Source: Haplodiscus bocki
Lineage: Eukaryota
Reading direction: 5' to 3'
NCBI GenBank assembly: GCA_965655095.1
Contig: OZ296650.1
Coordinates: 29,636,001-29,700,000 of the forward strand
DNA: 64,000 nucleotides
In this document: piece after piece, positions 1-13,389 of the stretch
Layout: each line of letters opens with the position of its first letter
Numbering within the stretch: the first letter of the stretch is position 1
Made by a program: the position numbers and the translations under genes
The notes under the pieces: model-generated
What the model was told of the DNA's origin: nothing
What the model saw: the letters and a program-made list of their open reading frames with translations, nothing else
The model's database searches: none

Positions 1-2
1 AC

Positions 3-689
3 AAATTCTGGAATTTTTTCAACGGAAATCAGTCTCGGCCGCTTGATCTTTTGGCGCCCACAGAAAATTTGAAAACCCTCAGGAAAGAGGCTGCAGCATC
101 AGAAGAATTGAATAAACAATTGTTTTTAGAAGTTGTAGATTTGCACGCTGTGCGTGAAAGAATCGAATACAGCACTACATTCCAAGGAAAATACTTCAAC
201 TGCCTTGGGTACGTTTTCTCACTTTACTGCATGTGGAAAATCTTCATTTGCACAGTCAATATTCTTTTCAACAGAGTGGGGAAAGTAGACCCTATAACTC
301 GGGGCTTCGACATTCTTGCACACTACCTCGGCTTCAACTTAGATGTTAGTTTTTGGTCGCAACAAGTATCATTTTTAGTTGTCGGAATTTTAGTCGTCAC
401 TTCAATTCGCGGTCTCTTATTGACATTAACCAAAATCTTTTATGCCGTTTCAAGCAGTAAATCTTCCGACATAATCATGCTGCTCTTGTCTGAAATAATT
501 GGTATGTATTTTATATCAATGGTGCTACTAATGCGTATGAATGTTCCAGAGCAGTATCGTCTCATTATTACTGAAGTTCTAGGAAAGTTGCAGTTCAACT
601 TCTATCATAGATGGTTCGATGTTATATTTTTAGTTAGCGCTTTGTCCACTATAGGCCTGCTTTATATTGTCCGGCAAAACGCTCCGTAG
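3..689 (+). CDS. GPR89: Golgi pH regulator / GPR89, C-terminal coding exon (5'-partial; frame open from window start)
   Basis: Translation has GPR89/GPHR motifs: FQGKYFNCLGYVFSLYCMWKIF, NRVGKVDPITRG, FWSQQVSFLVVGILVVTSIRGLL, YFISMVLLMRMNVP, QFNFYHRWFDVIFLVSAL. Stop TAG at 687-689. Possible AATAAA at 895-900. Confidence 0.96.
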   Translation, partial: KFWNFFNGNQSRPLDLLAPTENLKTLRKEAAASEELNKQLFLEVVDLHAVRERIEYSTTFQGKYFNCLGYVFSLYCMWKIFICTVNILFNRVGKVDPITRGFDILAHYLGFNLDVSFWSQQVSFLVVGILVVTSIRGLLLTLTKIFYAVSSSKSSDIIMLLLSEIIGMYFISMVLLMRMNVPEQYRLIITEVLGKLQFNFYHRWFDVIFLVSALSTIGLLYIVRQNAP

Positions 690-1229
690 TGTTGTGCTGC
701 ATTTATAAATTATGCGATGGTTAATATTACTTGTTATTTAACTAAATTTAGATATCTCAATACTTTCCCAATTTAATCCCTGTTCTATCAACCACTAATT
801 TCCGATGTGTAATAACCACTTTGGAACTTAGGTCGGGGTGAACTCTATATATTCAGTGTGAACGAACTCGGTCAAATAGTTGTAATCTCGGAAAAATAAA
901 CCTAGAAAAGTCCATACTTGTTTGGGTGACGAGTATAGCATCTTGCTGTTGGACATATTCATTGATAGCAAAGAGTGTATCTTGAATTTCGACGCTGTAC
1001 ATTTTATTATTTTATTGTAGCTATAAATTTCTCAATTCGGTTGTATGAACACTCCTGTTCTATTGTCTACCCACTTTGAATAATCTAATTCCAGATAAAA
1101 TGCCAAAATTGCCCGATGGATTGACCAATGTGTCGCTTTCCAGTGATAGTGAATATGGTTAGTATATTCATTTCCTTTACAGAACAAGCCGGGAAGGCTC
1201 AAATGGTATTTGCATTTTTCAAAATATAG

Positions 1230-1630
1230 TTTTAACACATTCTGACTGAAAACATGAATGTGTACTGGAAACCTGGTTGTGCTTAGTTTTTTATTCCGTC
1301 CAAAACTTACATTTTTTGACCTCATCGGGGAGTCTAGTCATCCTAGTGTAAATTGTCAAAAATGAAAGCTTTTTGACTGGTACTCGTCCATCTTCGCGTT
1401 GTTTACTGCGCACTTTTCTGAAACATTGGGCAGCAAAATGGCGTAACATGATTGACATATCAACTTTTCCAATATGAGATCCTGTGACTTTTGCGAACAA
1501 ACTTTTGATTGACAGCTGGTATTGTATTTCTAAGAGTGTCAATCACATCTCGGATTATGGTTTCAATCGTCGTTCGGGATCCGTGATCTCAACTGAGCAG
1601 AATGTGTGGTGAAGTTTCACTTCAAGTCTG
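1230..1630 (+). repeat. Diverged dispersed element, copy 1 of 4 (hairpin-ended)
   Basis: Colinear blocks (TGTA.TGGAAAC, TTTTGACCTCAT, GCAAAATGGC, GTCAATC, TGATCTCAAC at 1584, hairpin TGAAGT-TTC-ACTTCA 1610-1624) are shared with ~12250-12790, ~29325-29830 and ~58195-58685. The 5' edge is approximate. Confidence 0.75.
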
Positions 1631-1927
1631 AGTTTTATAATCGAAGTCAGTGGTATTCGTTATTGCAGTGACACCTCGTGACCTTTTTTCAGACACTAGT
1701 TTGGAAGACACTAGTTTGGAGTTATAAACTTCTAAATTGTAAAGTTGTAACTTTGGAACGTCAGCTTTTGTGTATTCTGTACGTCATCTCTATTGCTTAC
1801 CGAGATGTTGTTCACGTTGTCAACAAGTTGGAACGTCTACTTTTACAATGGACTCTTGATTTACTGCCAGCTACTGTCGAACATCCACTATGAACGTTGA
1901 AAATGTAAAGCTCTAAAATTATCCGCC

Positions 1928-1955
1928 ATGAAGGTCAAAATTGTTGTAAAATTCA
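1928..1955 (+). CDS. Speculative first coding exon of SCOC (MKVKIVVKF)
   Basis: CCGCCATG Kozak-like start, then a GTATGT donor at 1956 in phase 1, matching the phase of the 9221 acceptor. No homology support. Confidence 0.2.
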
Positions 1956-2494
1956 GTATGTAGCGAATAGCTCAAATGTGTCCAATTTAATGTCAACAGC
2001 CTGGGATATCACAAATGGCTGAATGGGGGTTTCACAAATTTATCCCTCCTTTTTTTGAAAGTGGAAAACGCTCACTTATTAAAGCCTATTTTTTATCGTT
2101 ATGATCATAACTTGCGAATGTTCCGAAGTTTTGTGCAGGCCGGATTTTGTTGTGTTGCTTTCTTCAGGCATTTCTGTTCCTAAAATAATCCAATTTTTCA
2201 TCGAATTGTACCTTTCAGCCTGTAGTATTATTAAGGAGAGCCAAATTTCGAAAAACTGTCCTTGCCGAAAAACCCATTTGTGCTCTTCCAAGAAAGCTTC
2301 AGGTGGAAATCCATGGAATAGTGGATACCCTCTTCATTAACTTCTGCAACTTACTTGACTTGTGTTTTTTGACACTGAAGGACGTTTTTTTTAGTTTCCT
2401 CCCCTGGACTGCCGGTTTCATTAGATTGATACCATCCACTGGCCAAGCGATTGATTTCTGACGAAACAAAATTGCTGCCGAGAAGCAGTTATGG

Positions 2495-5400
2495 TTATTT
2501 TCTATTTTCTTCGCGAAAATTTTCAACGTTTTCGAAACTAAAGATACTTTTACTTACCGTACGTTGAAATGATAAATCTTGTGGACTATTGGCCCGATGC
2601 CGCTCATAAAACATTGTTCTGACTAATTGATTTGGAGTAACTGCAAGTAGCAAAGGTAATATTTTTTGTACTTTTATGCGATAAACTTCAATTTCTAGTC
2701 GAATTTTTCACTTGCGCCGTTCATTAATATTGATTTTGTTGAGGACTGTTAGTCTGATTGTGCCCATGCAGCGGTTGTTGGTTTTTCAGTTCACTTGAGC
2801 ATCTGACAAAAAACGCAGTTGGTCTTATTTGCACTTTTTAAACGAAAACTTGTTGCTTGTAATCAAAAAACTCATTTTCATTTGCTCCGTTTGTTGACAG
2901 TTTGTTTCGAAGACTATTGTTCCGATTGCCTCATTCTGACGGTTAGTCGACCATTCAAGCTCAGGGCAACTCGAAAACGTCATGTTTGCTCAATTTGGTA
3001 CGTTGTTTGTGAAATTTTTCAACTTGTAATTGTCCAATCAGTCGAATTATCAATTACGTGTTTCATGAAGTTGATACTTTTTGACGAAAATTGGTCATTT
3101 TGCGTGCGCCTGGTTTTGAGAATATTTCAAATTCGTGGTCGATGGAGGCTACTCTAAGTAGCGCCGATGATTGTCTGTTTTTTGCGGAAGACTTTTGGCC
3201 TCGAGAGGGAGTTTTTTTCTTCGACTTATGTCAAGTATGTTCCCGGAAACTGTTGGTGGCACTAGGGCCATTGTGTCATGTATCGATCAAAAGTTAGGCA
3301 GAAAATCTCATTCGAGCATGAACAACTTTTCTGACATCATATGCCATTTTCTTCGAAGTTGAAAATTTGTCGCGCATTTGTTGTTTCGATGTAATTAGCA
3401 GAACCCCAGTTGTCTTCACTGTCAGCTGGGAATTGCTCCTATTGTCTCCCAAGTGGTTTGAAGCGCAGCTTGGCTTCTGTGTTATACTTGTGACTAGCAA
3501 GTGTTACGGAACGGCGTTGTCAATCACTTTCCGATATGTTCAAAACTAACAATATTTGAGTTCTCAATGGAAAAGCAAGCATTCCCTCTGGTGTTAAAAT
3601 TTGTTGATGCCGTGTCGCTGCTTGCCAAAATTTTTTAACGTGGCGTAATTTTAAATTACTTTTGAAAGAATTGAGCCATGCTGGTAAACCTTCGAGTAGA
3701 ACTTGAAGTTCAACTTGTCAATATAAAATTGGCGTTCTTATTTTCTATTTTCTTCGCGAAAATTTTCAACGTTTTCGAAACTAAAGATACTTTGACTTGC
3801 CGTACGTTGAAATGATAAATCTTGTGGACTATTGGCCCGATGCCGCTCATAAAACATTGTTCTGACTAATTGATTTGGAGTAACTGCAAGTAGCAAAGGT
3901 AATATTTTTTGTACTTTTATGCGATAAACTTCAATTTCTAGTCGAATTTTTCACTTGCGCCGTTCATTAATATTGATTTTGTTGAGGACTGTTAGTCTGA
4001 TTGTGCCCATGCAGCGGTTGTTGGTTTTTCAGTTCACTTGAGCATCTGACAAAAAACGCAGTTGGTCTTATTTGCACTTTTTAAACGAAAACTTGTTGCT
4101 TGTAATCAAAAAACTCATTTTCATTTGCTCCGTTTGTTGACAGTTTGTTTCGAAGACTATTGTTCCGATTGCCTCCTTCTGACGGTTAGTCGACCATTCA
4201 AGCTCAGGGCAACTCGAAAACGTCATGTTTGCTCAATTTGGTACGTTGTTTGTGAAATTTTTCAACTTGTAATTGTCCAATCAGTCGAATTATCAATTAC
4301 GTGTTTCATGAAGTTGATACTTTTTGACGAAAATTGGTCATTTTGCGTGCGCCTGGTTTTGAGAATATTTCAAATTCGTGGTCGATGGAGGCTACTCTAA
4401 GTAGCGCCGATGATTGTCTGTTTTTTGCGGAAGACTTTTGGCCTCGAGAGGGAGTTTTTTCTTCGACTTATGTCAAGTATGTTCCCGGAAACTGTTGGTG
4501 GCACTAGGGCCATTGTGTCATGTATCGATCAAAAGTTAGGCAGAAAATCTCATTCGAGCATGAACAACTTTTCTGACATCATATGCCATTTTCTTCGAAG
4601 TTGAAAATTTGTCGCGCATTTGTTGTTTCGATGTAATTAGCAGAACCCCAGTTGTCTTCACTGTCAGCTGGGAATTGCTCCTATTGTCTCCCAAGTGGTT
4701 TGAAGCGCAGCTTGGCTTCTGTGTTATACTTGTGACTAGCAAGTGTTACGGAACGGCGTTGTCAATCACTTTCCGATATGTTCAAAACTAACAATATTTG
4801 AGTTCTCAATGGAAAAGCAAGCATTCCCTCTGGTGTTAAAATTTGTTGATGCCGTGTCGCTGCTTGCCAAAATTTTTTAACGTGGCGTAATTTTAAATTA
4901 CTTTTGAAAGAATTGAGCCATGCTGGTAAACCTTCGAGTAGAACTTGAAGTTCAACTTGTCAATATAAAATTGGCGTTCTTATTTTCTATTTTCTTCGCG
5001 AAAATTTTCAACGTTTTCGAAACTAAAGATACTTTGACTTGCCGTACGTTGAAATGATAAATCTTGTGGACTATTGGCCCGATGCCGCTCATAAAACATT
5101 GTTCTGACTAATTGATTTGGAGTAACTGCAAGTAGCAAAGGTAATATTTTTTGTACTTTTATGCGATAAACTTCAATTTCTAGTCGAATTTTTCACTTGC
5201 GCCGTTCATTAATATTGATTTTGTTGAGGACTGTTAGTCTGATTGTGCCCATGCAGCGGTTGTTGGTTTTTCAGTTCACTTGAGCATCTGACAAAAAACG
5301 CAGTTGGTCTTATTTGCACTTTTTAAACGAAAACTTGTTGCTTGTAATCAAAAAACTCATTTTCATTTGCTCCGTTTGTTGACAGTTTGTTTCGAAGACT

Positions 5401-6221
5401 ATTGTTCCGATTGCCTCCTTCTGACGGTTAGTCGACCATTCAAGCTCAGGGCAACTCGAAAACGTCATGTTTGCTCAATTTGGTACGTTGTTTGTGAAAT
5501 TTTTCAACTTGTAATTGTCCAATCAGTCGAATTATCAATTACGTGTTTCATGAAGTTGATACTTTTTGACGAAAATTGGTCATTTTGCGTGCGCCTGGTT
5601 TTGAGAATATTTCAAATTCGTGGTCGATGGAGGCTACTCTAAGTAGCGCCGATGATTGTCTGTTTTTTGCGGAAGACTTTTGGCCTCGAGAGGGAGTTTT
5701 TTTCTTCGACTTATGTCAAGTATGTTCCCGGAAACTGTTGGTGGCACTAGGGCCATTGTGTCATGTATCGATCAAAAGTTAGGCAGAAAATCTCATTCGA
5801 GCATGAACAACTTTTCTGACATCATATGCCATTTTCTTCGAAGTTGAAAATTTGTCGCGCATTTGTTGTTTCGATGTAATTAGCAGAACCCCAGTTGTCT
5901 TCACTGTCAGCTGGGAATTGCTCCTATTGTCTCCCAAGTGGTTTGAAGCGCAGCTTGGCTTCTGTGTTATACTTGTGACTAGCAAGTGTTACGGAACGGC
6001 GTTGTCAATCACTTTCCGATATGTTCAAAACTAACAATATTTGAGTTCTCAATGGAAAAGCAAGCATTCCCTCTGGTGTTAAAATTTGTTGATGCCGTGT
6101 CGCTGCTTGCCAAAATTTTTTAACGTGGCGTAATTTTAAATTACTTTTGAAAGAATTGAGCCATGCTGGTAAACCTTCGAGTAGAACTTGAAGTTCAACT
6201 TGTCAATATAAAATTGGCGTT
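2495..6221. repeat. Head-to-tail tandem triplication, unit 1242-1243 bp
   Basis: Units start at 2495, 3738 and 4980 and are nearly identical. The same short ORFs recur at 2819/4062/5304. The junction reads GGCGTT-C-TTATTTT. Confidence 0.97.
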
Positions 6222-9220
6222 GTTTTTGTATATATTCTTGCTAGTGTTGATATTTGTTCATACCGCGCTGCTGCCTGTCAAGATTTTCTGCAACTGACTA
6301 TTATCAAGTTATTTTTGAATTGAATGAACCACGGTGTTTTAACTTTGCGGAAAACAGACAAAATAAAAAGGGACATTCACGATGTTTTTATTTGTTGGTC
6401 GCCAAAAGCGTTTTCCTTCTATACCATCGGTCGGATTACCTCCCTTCAGTAATCATTTGAATTTTCGCTATCTATTGGTCCTGTGGATTGGCATTGATTC
6501 TTGGTTTCCTGTCGATATCATTTGATTTTTCAATCGCTTTGTTTGTCGGAAATGTTTTGAATACCATCAACCAGATTCTGTGCATCCAGCACCAGAATCA
6601 ACTGATCACTGCCTGGAGCTTCCGGTGAGCAACGGTTTTGTTTTTTTTGTCATATTTTGAAGAGATTTTTTTTTGTTTTTCAAAATAACCCAAGATGCTT
6701 CAACTTATGTTATTCGTTCTCTACGTCTTGTTAAATCTATCCAGTGCTCAGTCCACTACCAGCTGCAAAAAGCTTCTGACAAGCTGCCGGGATTGAATTT
6801 TTTTCAGTTTCGTCTCTAACTACCCCTTCTTCTTTTTGAAAAATCGGAATTACTTCCGTGTAGTTCGTTAGCTTTCTAACGACTCCCGTACATTTTTCGG
6901 ATTTCAAGTATCCGAAACTGCTCAAGAACGAGCATTTTTGAGAAATTGCACGGAGACAGGTATGTCACTTTCAGCACTCAACAAGCGAAAGTTTTCGACT
7001 TTTCCGAAAAAGTTTCAATTTGCATCGTTCTTCAAAACTGGTTTCCTACCAGACTACTGATTGGATTGCAATCATCTTGTGCTCATTTTAAAGTTCGAAA
7101 GCCTGCAGTTTATGGAAGCCGTGGAGAACCGCGGATGTCTCCTGTTGTCAATTCCATGCGAAATATTTTGAATTTTAGTTAAAAGCTCGAAGAAAACTTC
7201 TTTGCGTTTCTGTTTGTAATTGTTGATACAGGAAACTACCGGTTTGAATATGGTGATTCAGTGCTTCTCCAAAAAATTTATATATCGGGAACTTGTGGAG
7301 TAACCGGTATGTCCCATTTCAGCGCCTTGGCTGCAAGTTTTCGAGTTTCATCTTCGACCGTTTTTAAAGTTGCTTTTCTTGAAGAATACTGGTAAGATTG
7401 TGGCCATGCGATGCTTTTGAGACTTGCGCATTACAGTCAATCTGAGAGAAAGCAGACATGCCCCTTTTTTATAGGTTATAGAATCCTCGGAAGAATTATT
7501 CAGATTTGTTTCTGAATGGGAAACTTTTTATTAGTGTCTTTTTTCTCGGGGACTACTGGTTGTATTCCGGCTATCCAGTGCGCATTCCAAAATCCGTCTT
7601 TCTTGATACACGTTTTTTCCATTTCCTTTTCAGTGGAGTCCTTTTCAAACTGAAAATCACAAACAGTTATACCATGTTCATCGGTTGGCAATTAGCCGAT
7701 GCCCACTTTCGTCGCAAGTATGTGGGAAGCACAGTTTGGCTGCTGTAATAATTTATATCTTAAATTTTTTGTATTGATTTCTGCTTTTACAAGCTAGTGT
7801 CACCGTTTGCTTACATTTCAAATACTTGATTCAATTATTCCCAGATTTTCCAATGCGCACCTTGTTTTCTGCTTTTTCAAACTGGTGACTATTCCTTTTG
7901 AAACTGGGTGGAAAACGTTTCCCTCGGCTCTTGGAAAGTCGCGAAAATTTCAATTCCTTCTAATAAAAGGCTATCTTCGTCTTAAAGTCTTGGTACTCAA
8001 TATTCGGCAGTTATCGCTCTTTCAGCAGAGTATCTCAACAACGTAAATGTGTGTCACTCGGAAATATTGCTGCAGAGATTACAAATGTATTTGATATATT
8101 TTGAGAGTATCACTAATTTTGATGAGATGAAGTTTTCGGCTTTTAGTAGAAATACACTTTGTGTTGTTACAAATTATGAAAGAATTGGATCTTGTTTGGG
8201 TTGCCAGATTTGCGGAGCTCAGCGTCATCACTGTTACAGTTGTGCAATCAAGTGTTGTATCACAGGCTTCTGTAGCCTTTTTTCCCCATAAGTTAACGAT
8301 TAAAGAAATTTCCGAGATTTTGATGAAAGAAAGCGCTGTGTTCGGGTTCCCAACATGCGAACTTTCGCGCCTGTCGCATCGTCTATCAACTTAATTCTTT
8401 CCGCCCGAGGATTGGCAATTTCTTTTTTCAATGTAGAGTGAATCAAATTCTATAGTCGCTTTTCCTAGCTACACTTGAATATAAATATACGAATGGACTG
8501 AGTAATTAAAATCTCTACCTTTGTTTAATCAGTTTTTGTAGTACTGTGGCCTCTTCAAAAACCAGTTATCTTTGCTCGATCTGCTCATTTGTATTCGGTT
8601 TGGGGCAAGTGTTGCGAAGCATAGCCTCACCTCCATGTCAATTTTGTGTACCATTAATCTGGCTTCTGGAGTATCGTGCTAGGAGCTGAAAATTTTACGC
8701 CAGGGGAAAGTTTGGTATCACCTTGTGAAGTTTTAGGAGTACGCAAAGTTTTCGCGAAAGTTTAGTGTTTTTCTGGCAGATTTAGTTTTCTGCAGGGGGG
8801 TTTATGAATGTTCTGGCTCTAATGTTTGCATTTGAGCGAAGCAAGTTGACTTTTTCCCACCCGGTCCTGACTTGTATTCGTTTTGAGATTTGAAAACTTA
8901 CGTTTTTTTTGATATTTTGAAAATGTCGGACCCAAAGCTTTTATTTGATAAAATGCTGCAATTCCAGTTACATTTTTAGCGAAAATTCTTGTTTATGACG
9001 AAAAGCTTCACTGTCGAATTCTTCTAAATGCGAGATTCCTTTTAGAATTGCTGAAAATTGAATACAAACAGCTGCTTATTAATTCAACAGACTTGGAATT
9101 ATATTGAAATTTCATCAAGTGAAACTACAAAAGAAAGGAAACTACAAATAGTGCTCTTGTAAATTTCAATTTTAAAACTCTTTCATTTAACTGTTAATTT
9201 CCACTTTCGTTTACGTTTAG

Positions 9221-9514
9221 ATCACGCGCTGCACGATTTGTCTTTGCAAGTGAATGCATCTGCGGAGGATTCCAAAAACGAGAACAACGCCTCGCACGAC
9301 TCGACGAACAGTCAGCCCAACTTCACAGAGGTCTCTATATACTCACGCTCAGTGGAGACGACAGGGGACACTGAGAACGGGTGTGGCACCTCCGGAGGTC
9401 AAAGTGGTGCTCCAGGGGGGCTGATTGGGGAGGCATCAACCATGCCAGTGGACGAAGAGGAAGAGGCCAACAGACTGATTGATCAAATTCTTGATCTACA
9501 GAAAACTCTAGATG
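9221..9514 (+). CDS. SCOC: Short coiled-coil protein SCOC (UNC-69 family), coding exon
   Basis: Acceptor TTTAG at 9216-9220. Encodes ...MPVDEEEEANRLIDQILDLQKTLD, matching SCOC EEKTRLINQVLELQHTLE. The GT donor at 9515 (phase 1) joins in frame to 13251. Confidence 0.88.
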
Positions 9515-12249
9515 GTCAGCAAGAACCAAACCAGTCTTTTAATTTTTAAACACTTCTTTTGATAAGGAAAGTGTCTGGAAGAGTAAATATGAAAAAAGTG
9601 AAGTGCCGAAATCACGGAGTGTCTCAGGGTAGAGCTAAATATTGACGTTTATGATCGAGTCAAGTCAAGTTCCAATTTAAAAGTTGCCGGTGTGAGGTCA
9701 AAATCTATGCCAAAGTATTAAACCGAGTAATTCGTTCAACGTATGAAGTAATTACACGAGCTAGCAAGAGAACCGAAGTGTATTACCGACTACTTTCCTT
9801 TTCAATGCATCTCCAACCCGAACTTTCTGTTAAAGTTATACTAGCAGAGGAGGTGTTCATGCGCTCTCGCTTTCTTGCAATTAATCGTGGAGTGTCAAAA
9901 ATTTTTCTTCATGTACCCTAACGAAATACAGCGGTACATTTGAAATTTCAGTAGATTATCTAATCAAGAATTCGAAAAACGGATTTCTTTGTTCGGACGC
10001 TAGTGGTCGAATTGGTTTATCCCGCTTTAGCCCGACTCCTTGCTACCTAAAGCTCCTGTGGAGTGTCAGGGGATAGCTGCTTCATGTTTTTCTTGGGAAA
10101 TTTTTTGACTCAAATTTGAACAGAGAGCATTCTTGCTTTCGTAGCTCTAAGATTTATCTGAAAAACTGCTGATCGGATTGGGCCCACCCAATGCTGATTC
10201 AACTCTTTACTTCCGTGAGCGTCTGGCTAAAAGCCTGGATGGTATATGTTCAACTTTTACCGCGGGATATCTAAACTGGTGTTGAAAAGTTGAAGATGTT
10301 TTCATTTGAGCCATTCGTCGATGGTGTTTTTCTTGAGAAGTATTGGTTGGATGTTTTCAATTCAAGGGTAAATCGACGAATCGCTGTTTGGAGGACCCAT
10401 GAAGGAGCGTGAATGGTGTGACCCAAACTTTTCCTCCAAATTATTTTGGGTTGTAATAGGCCAATCTAAGGAGTTCTTACTTTGTCTTTCGTCGGAAGCG
10501 TATTTCATCGCATTCATCCTTAAAGCTTTTGTTCGATGGGTACTTAGGCGTCTTTCAGAGTGCCAGATTTTCTCTCTTCGGTATTTCTGGCAATAATAAT
10601 TTTGACAGGCACTCCAAGAATCACCAAAATTCAAGCCGCCTGTTTCTTGCGACTTTCGTCTAAAGTAATTTCTTTTGCAATGTCCGGGTTTATTCGTTAA
10701 AAGTCTTGTGATTAGATGTGGGTTTTTGCTCGTGGATCAACGGAGAATTGAACGCTTTGATCATTTACAGGGTATCTTCTTTCTGAATGCACTGCACTTT
10801 CAATCTAATTAATTAATTGCTGGCTTTCGTTGACTTTTTTACAGTTCCGTCGAAGAAATTTTGATAACTATCTGCAGGAAGTTTGTTTTGTGTCGCGAGT
10901 TTTTTTAAATGGTTGTTTTAATGTGTGGTTAGCTTGAGTGTTGATGAGCCGACACTTTTTCTCTGACCACTTTAATGCAATTTTCTGAGCTATTCGGGCA
11001 ATCTTTCCGCAGAACAGAGTTTGTTCGCGCCGCGCTTCCACTTGATTTATCTCGTGCTGTGCGGAGCTTTCGGTCTCATTCCACACATTTGGTTTTGTTG
11101 CACGAGATATTCCAATATGTTTGTGATCGCTGGTGTTAAACTTTATTTTGAAAAATTCAACGTTGCATTAGAAATAAAAGTTATTTTTAATTGCGGTGTT
11201 CGTCAAACTTGTTTTTCTGCAAGGCTAGTGATACCAATGCCTCTATCAAGCGTTGATTGAACTCATGCCTTCAGTTTCTGCGGTGTCGCTTGAAGGGCCG
11301 TTTTCAAGTTTGTTGTTAAATGTCTTGTTCTGTCGTTGCAAAATTGCAGATTTTTATTTTCGTTCATGGATAATGATTTTCTGAATGAGGTGTGATCGGA
11401 TTTGCTCCATGAAGCTGTGATTCAACTACCTCTAGCGTACAGTTTCTGTGCGGCAGCTTGAATGGCCTCTCTTCAAAATAGTTATTGAGGAAAATCTTGA
11501 CTTCAATTAAGAGTTCGAAGCTGTTTTTACTTTTCTTCCTTTTTTGGGAGAGAGATTAGTTGTCGGATTGGCTCCGTCTAGCGCTGATTCAGCCGCGTGT
11601 GGCATAGGTTTCATATGGAGTAGTTTCGATAGCCTGTTTCCTGTTAATATTACGGAAAATGTGGAGTTAATTGAAGACTTGAAGATGAGTTTACTTTCGT
11701 TCTTTATTTCTCTCTATCCCTTGTTTTTCTCTATCCCTTGTTGTTGCGTCCTTCTTGAACTTATCCTTTCACTCGTTCCCTTGAGCTTCGGCTGAATTGA
11801 ATTGACTGAAGTAACTGCATCATATAACTCGGTAAACTTTAATCGTTTGGTGATCGAAGCTTTAGCGGAAAGATGTTTGGCACTGCATCACAGATTGCGA
11901 ATCCGAGTTGGTTTTTGTGGTACATTCGAAGAAAAAAATGTTTGGTGTTGAAGTTGTTTTCGCTTGTGTTTATTGATCTCTGAGCTCTGTGATAGGGTTA
12001 AAACTGAGGTATTTTACGTTAATTGCTTTCAAATAACTAGTTTTAATTAGCCTATCATTTTTTGGTATTGTTCTTTTTAAAAACACATCTGTAATCGGTA
12101 TATTGAGCTAGGTGTTGAAATGTATGGAATTGCTGGAGTCCTTTTAGCATCATTGACGTCGTGATTTTTTTTAGAAACTTTCGGTTCTAGCTTTTTCAAA
12201 GAAAGTTTCTATATTCCCAGGGTGTTTACGAAACTTGTGCTCCGCTGAA

Positions 12250-12790
12250 AGAATGTGCATTGAAACCGGCTGATGGCCAGTTTTTGTATGGTTTTTCAGA
12301 TTTGCATTTTTTGACGTCATGAGATGATCTAGTGTAAACGATCAAAAACGAACGTTTTTGAGAGATGTGGTTGGTACTTGCCTGTTTTCCTGTTCTGAAA
12401 ACTGCGAATTTCTAACACATTGGTCTGAAAAATAAAACATTATGGGTCCTACTAGGTCATGTTTTTGGCATGTAAAGGTTTTGCTCATGAAACAATATAG
12501 CAGGTAATTGTTCATTTTCGCGTTGCTTACTGGGCGAATCTCCTAATTATTCGGTTGCAAAATGGCTTTACTTAAAATGACTTCATTGACAGATCAACTT
12601 TTCTAGTGAGACACTGTGGCTGGTACTTGTTTCAATTCGACTTTTTTGGAGCAAGCAATCATTCAATTGACAATTGTAGTCAATCACGCCCCTGATCATG
12701 GTTTTAAATGTCTCTTAGAATCGTGGATGTGTTCTGTTTATCTTTGATCTCAACGGACAAGTCAAAGTGTTGCGAAGTTCCGCTTCGCCT
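12250..12790 (+). repeat. Diverged dispersed element, copy 2 of 4
   Basis: TGATCTCAAC at 12745; hairpin GCGAAG-TTCCG-CTTCGC at 12772-12788; upstream blocks colinear with the other copies. Confidence 0.75.
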
Positions 12791-13053
12791 TCGTGTCGTG
12801 CCGCCTTTTAAATAATCTACCAGAAAAATTTTCCTAAAATCCAATTGAATCCGCGCAAGAATCTAAGATTGTTTTTTGAAACGTATATGGTCATAGTTTT
12901 TTATATCCGAAGAATATTTTAAACTTGCAACAATATTGGAAAGCTCTGCTGATTAATTAGTGGTGTTGTTTTTGGGCCCTTTTCTGAATTAGTAGTGAAT
13001 ATTTTAACAATGATTGTAATTAGACGTGTTGGTCTCAGCGTGACGATACTGGA

Positions 13054-13143
13054 GATTTTCACCTAAATGATTTTGAGTTGGGAGATTCTGATTTAGGAGA
13101 TGTTGACCTAAGATACTACGACTTAAAAGATTTTGAGATGTAA
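13054..13143 (+). repeat. Degenerate 15-bp minisatellite, ~6 units
   Basis: gattttcacctaaat/gattttgagttggga/gattctgatttagga/gatgttgacctaaga/tactacgacttaaaa/gattttgagatgtaa. Confidence 0.55.
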
Positions 13144-13250
13144 CTAGTTTGATTTTTCGTAAGTTCCAAGCAAGAATCGAGAATTAAGAGTTTGCAAAGC
13201 TCCGCAACAAAAAAAATTAAAATTTGACTGAACTGAGTGGTTGTGCTTAG

Positions 13251-13389
13251 ATTTGACGTCACGAATGGACTCAGTGAAGGAGGACAATTTAGTGCTAAAG
13301 TCGGAGAACCAAGTGCTGAGTCAGTACATTGAGAATGTAATGCACGCTTCTTCCAGTTTCCAGCAAATGTCTCCCAAGTCTAGGAAACG
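13251..13389 (+). CDS. SCOC: SCOC coding exon (coiled-coil core)
   Basis: Acceptor CTTAG at 13246-13250. Encodes [38 protein letters not shown], matching SCOC [38 protein letters not shown]. Candidate donor GTTGGT at 13390. Confidence 0.92.

Noticed and set aside
2819-6034. Repeated 60-112 aa ORFs as a tandem gene family
   Set aside because: They recur only because of the DNA triplication, mostly use non-ATG starts, and have no recognisable motifs.
6220-12000. Decayed LTR-retrotransposon remnants flanking the SCOC exon (e.g. KVEHIP on the minus strand near 10250)
   Set aside because: Only an isolated motif-like fragment; no ordered RT/RNase H/integrase motifs or LTR pair seen.
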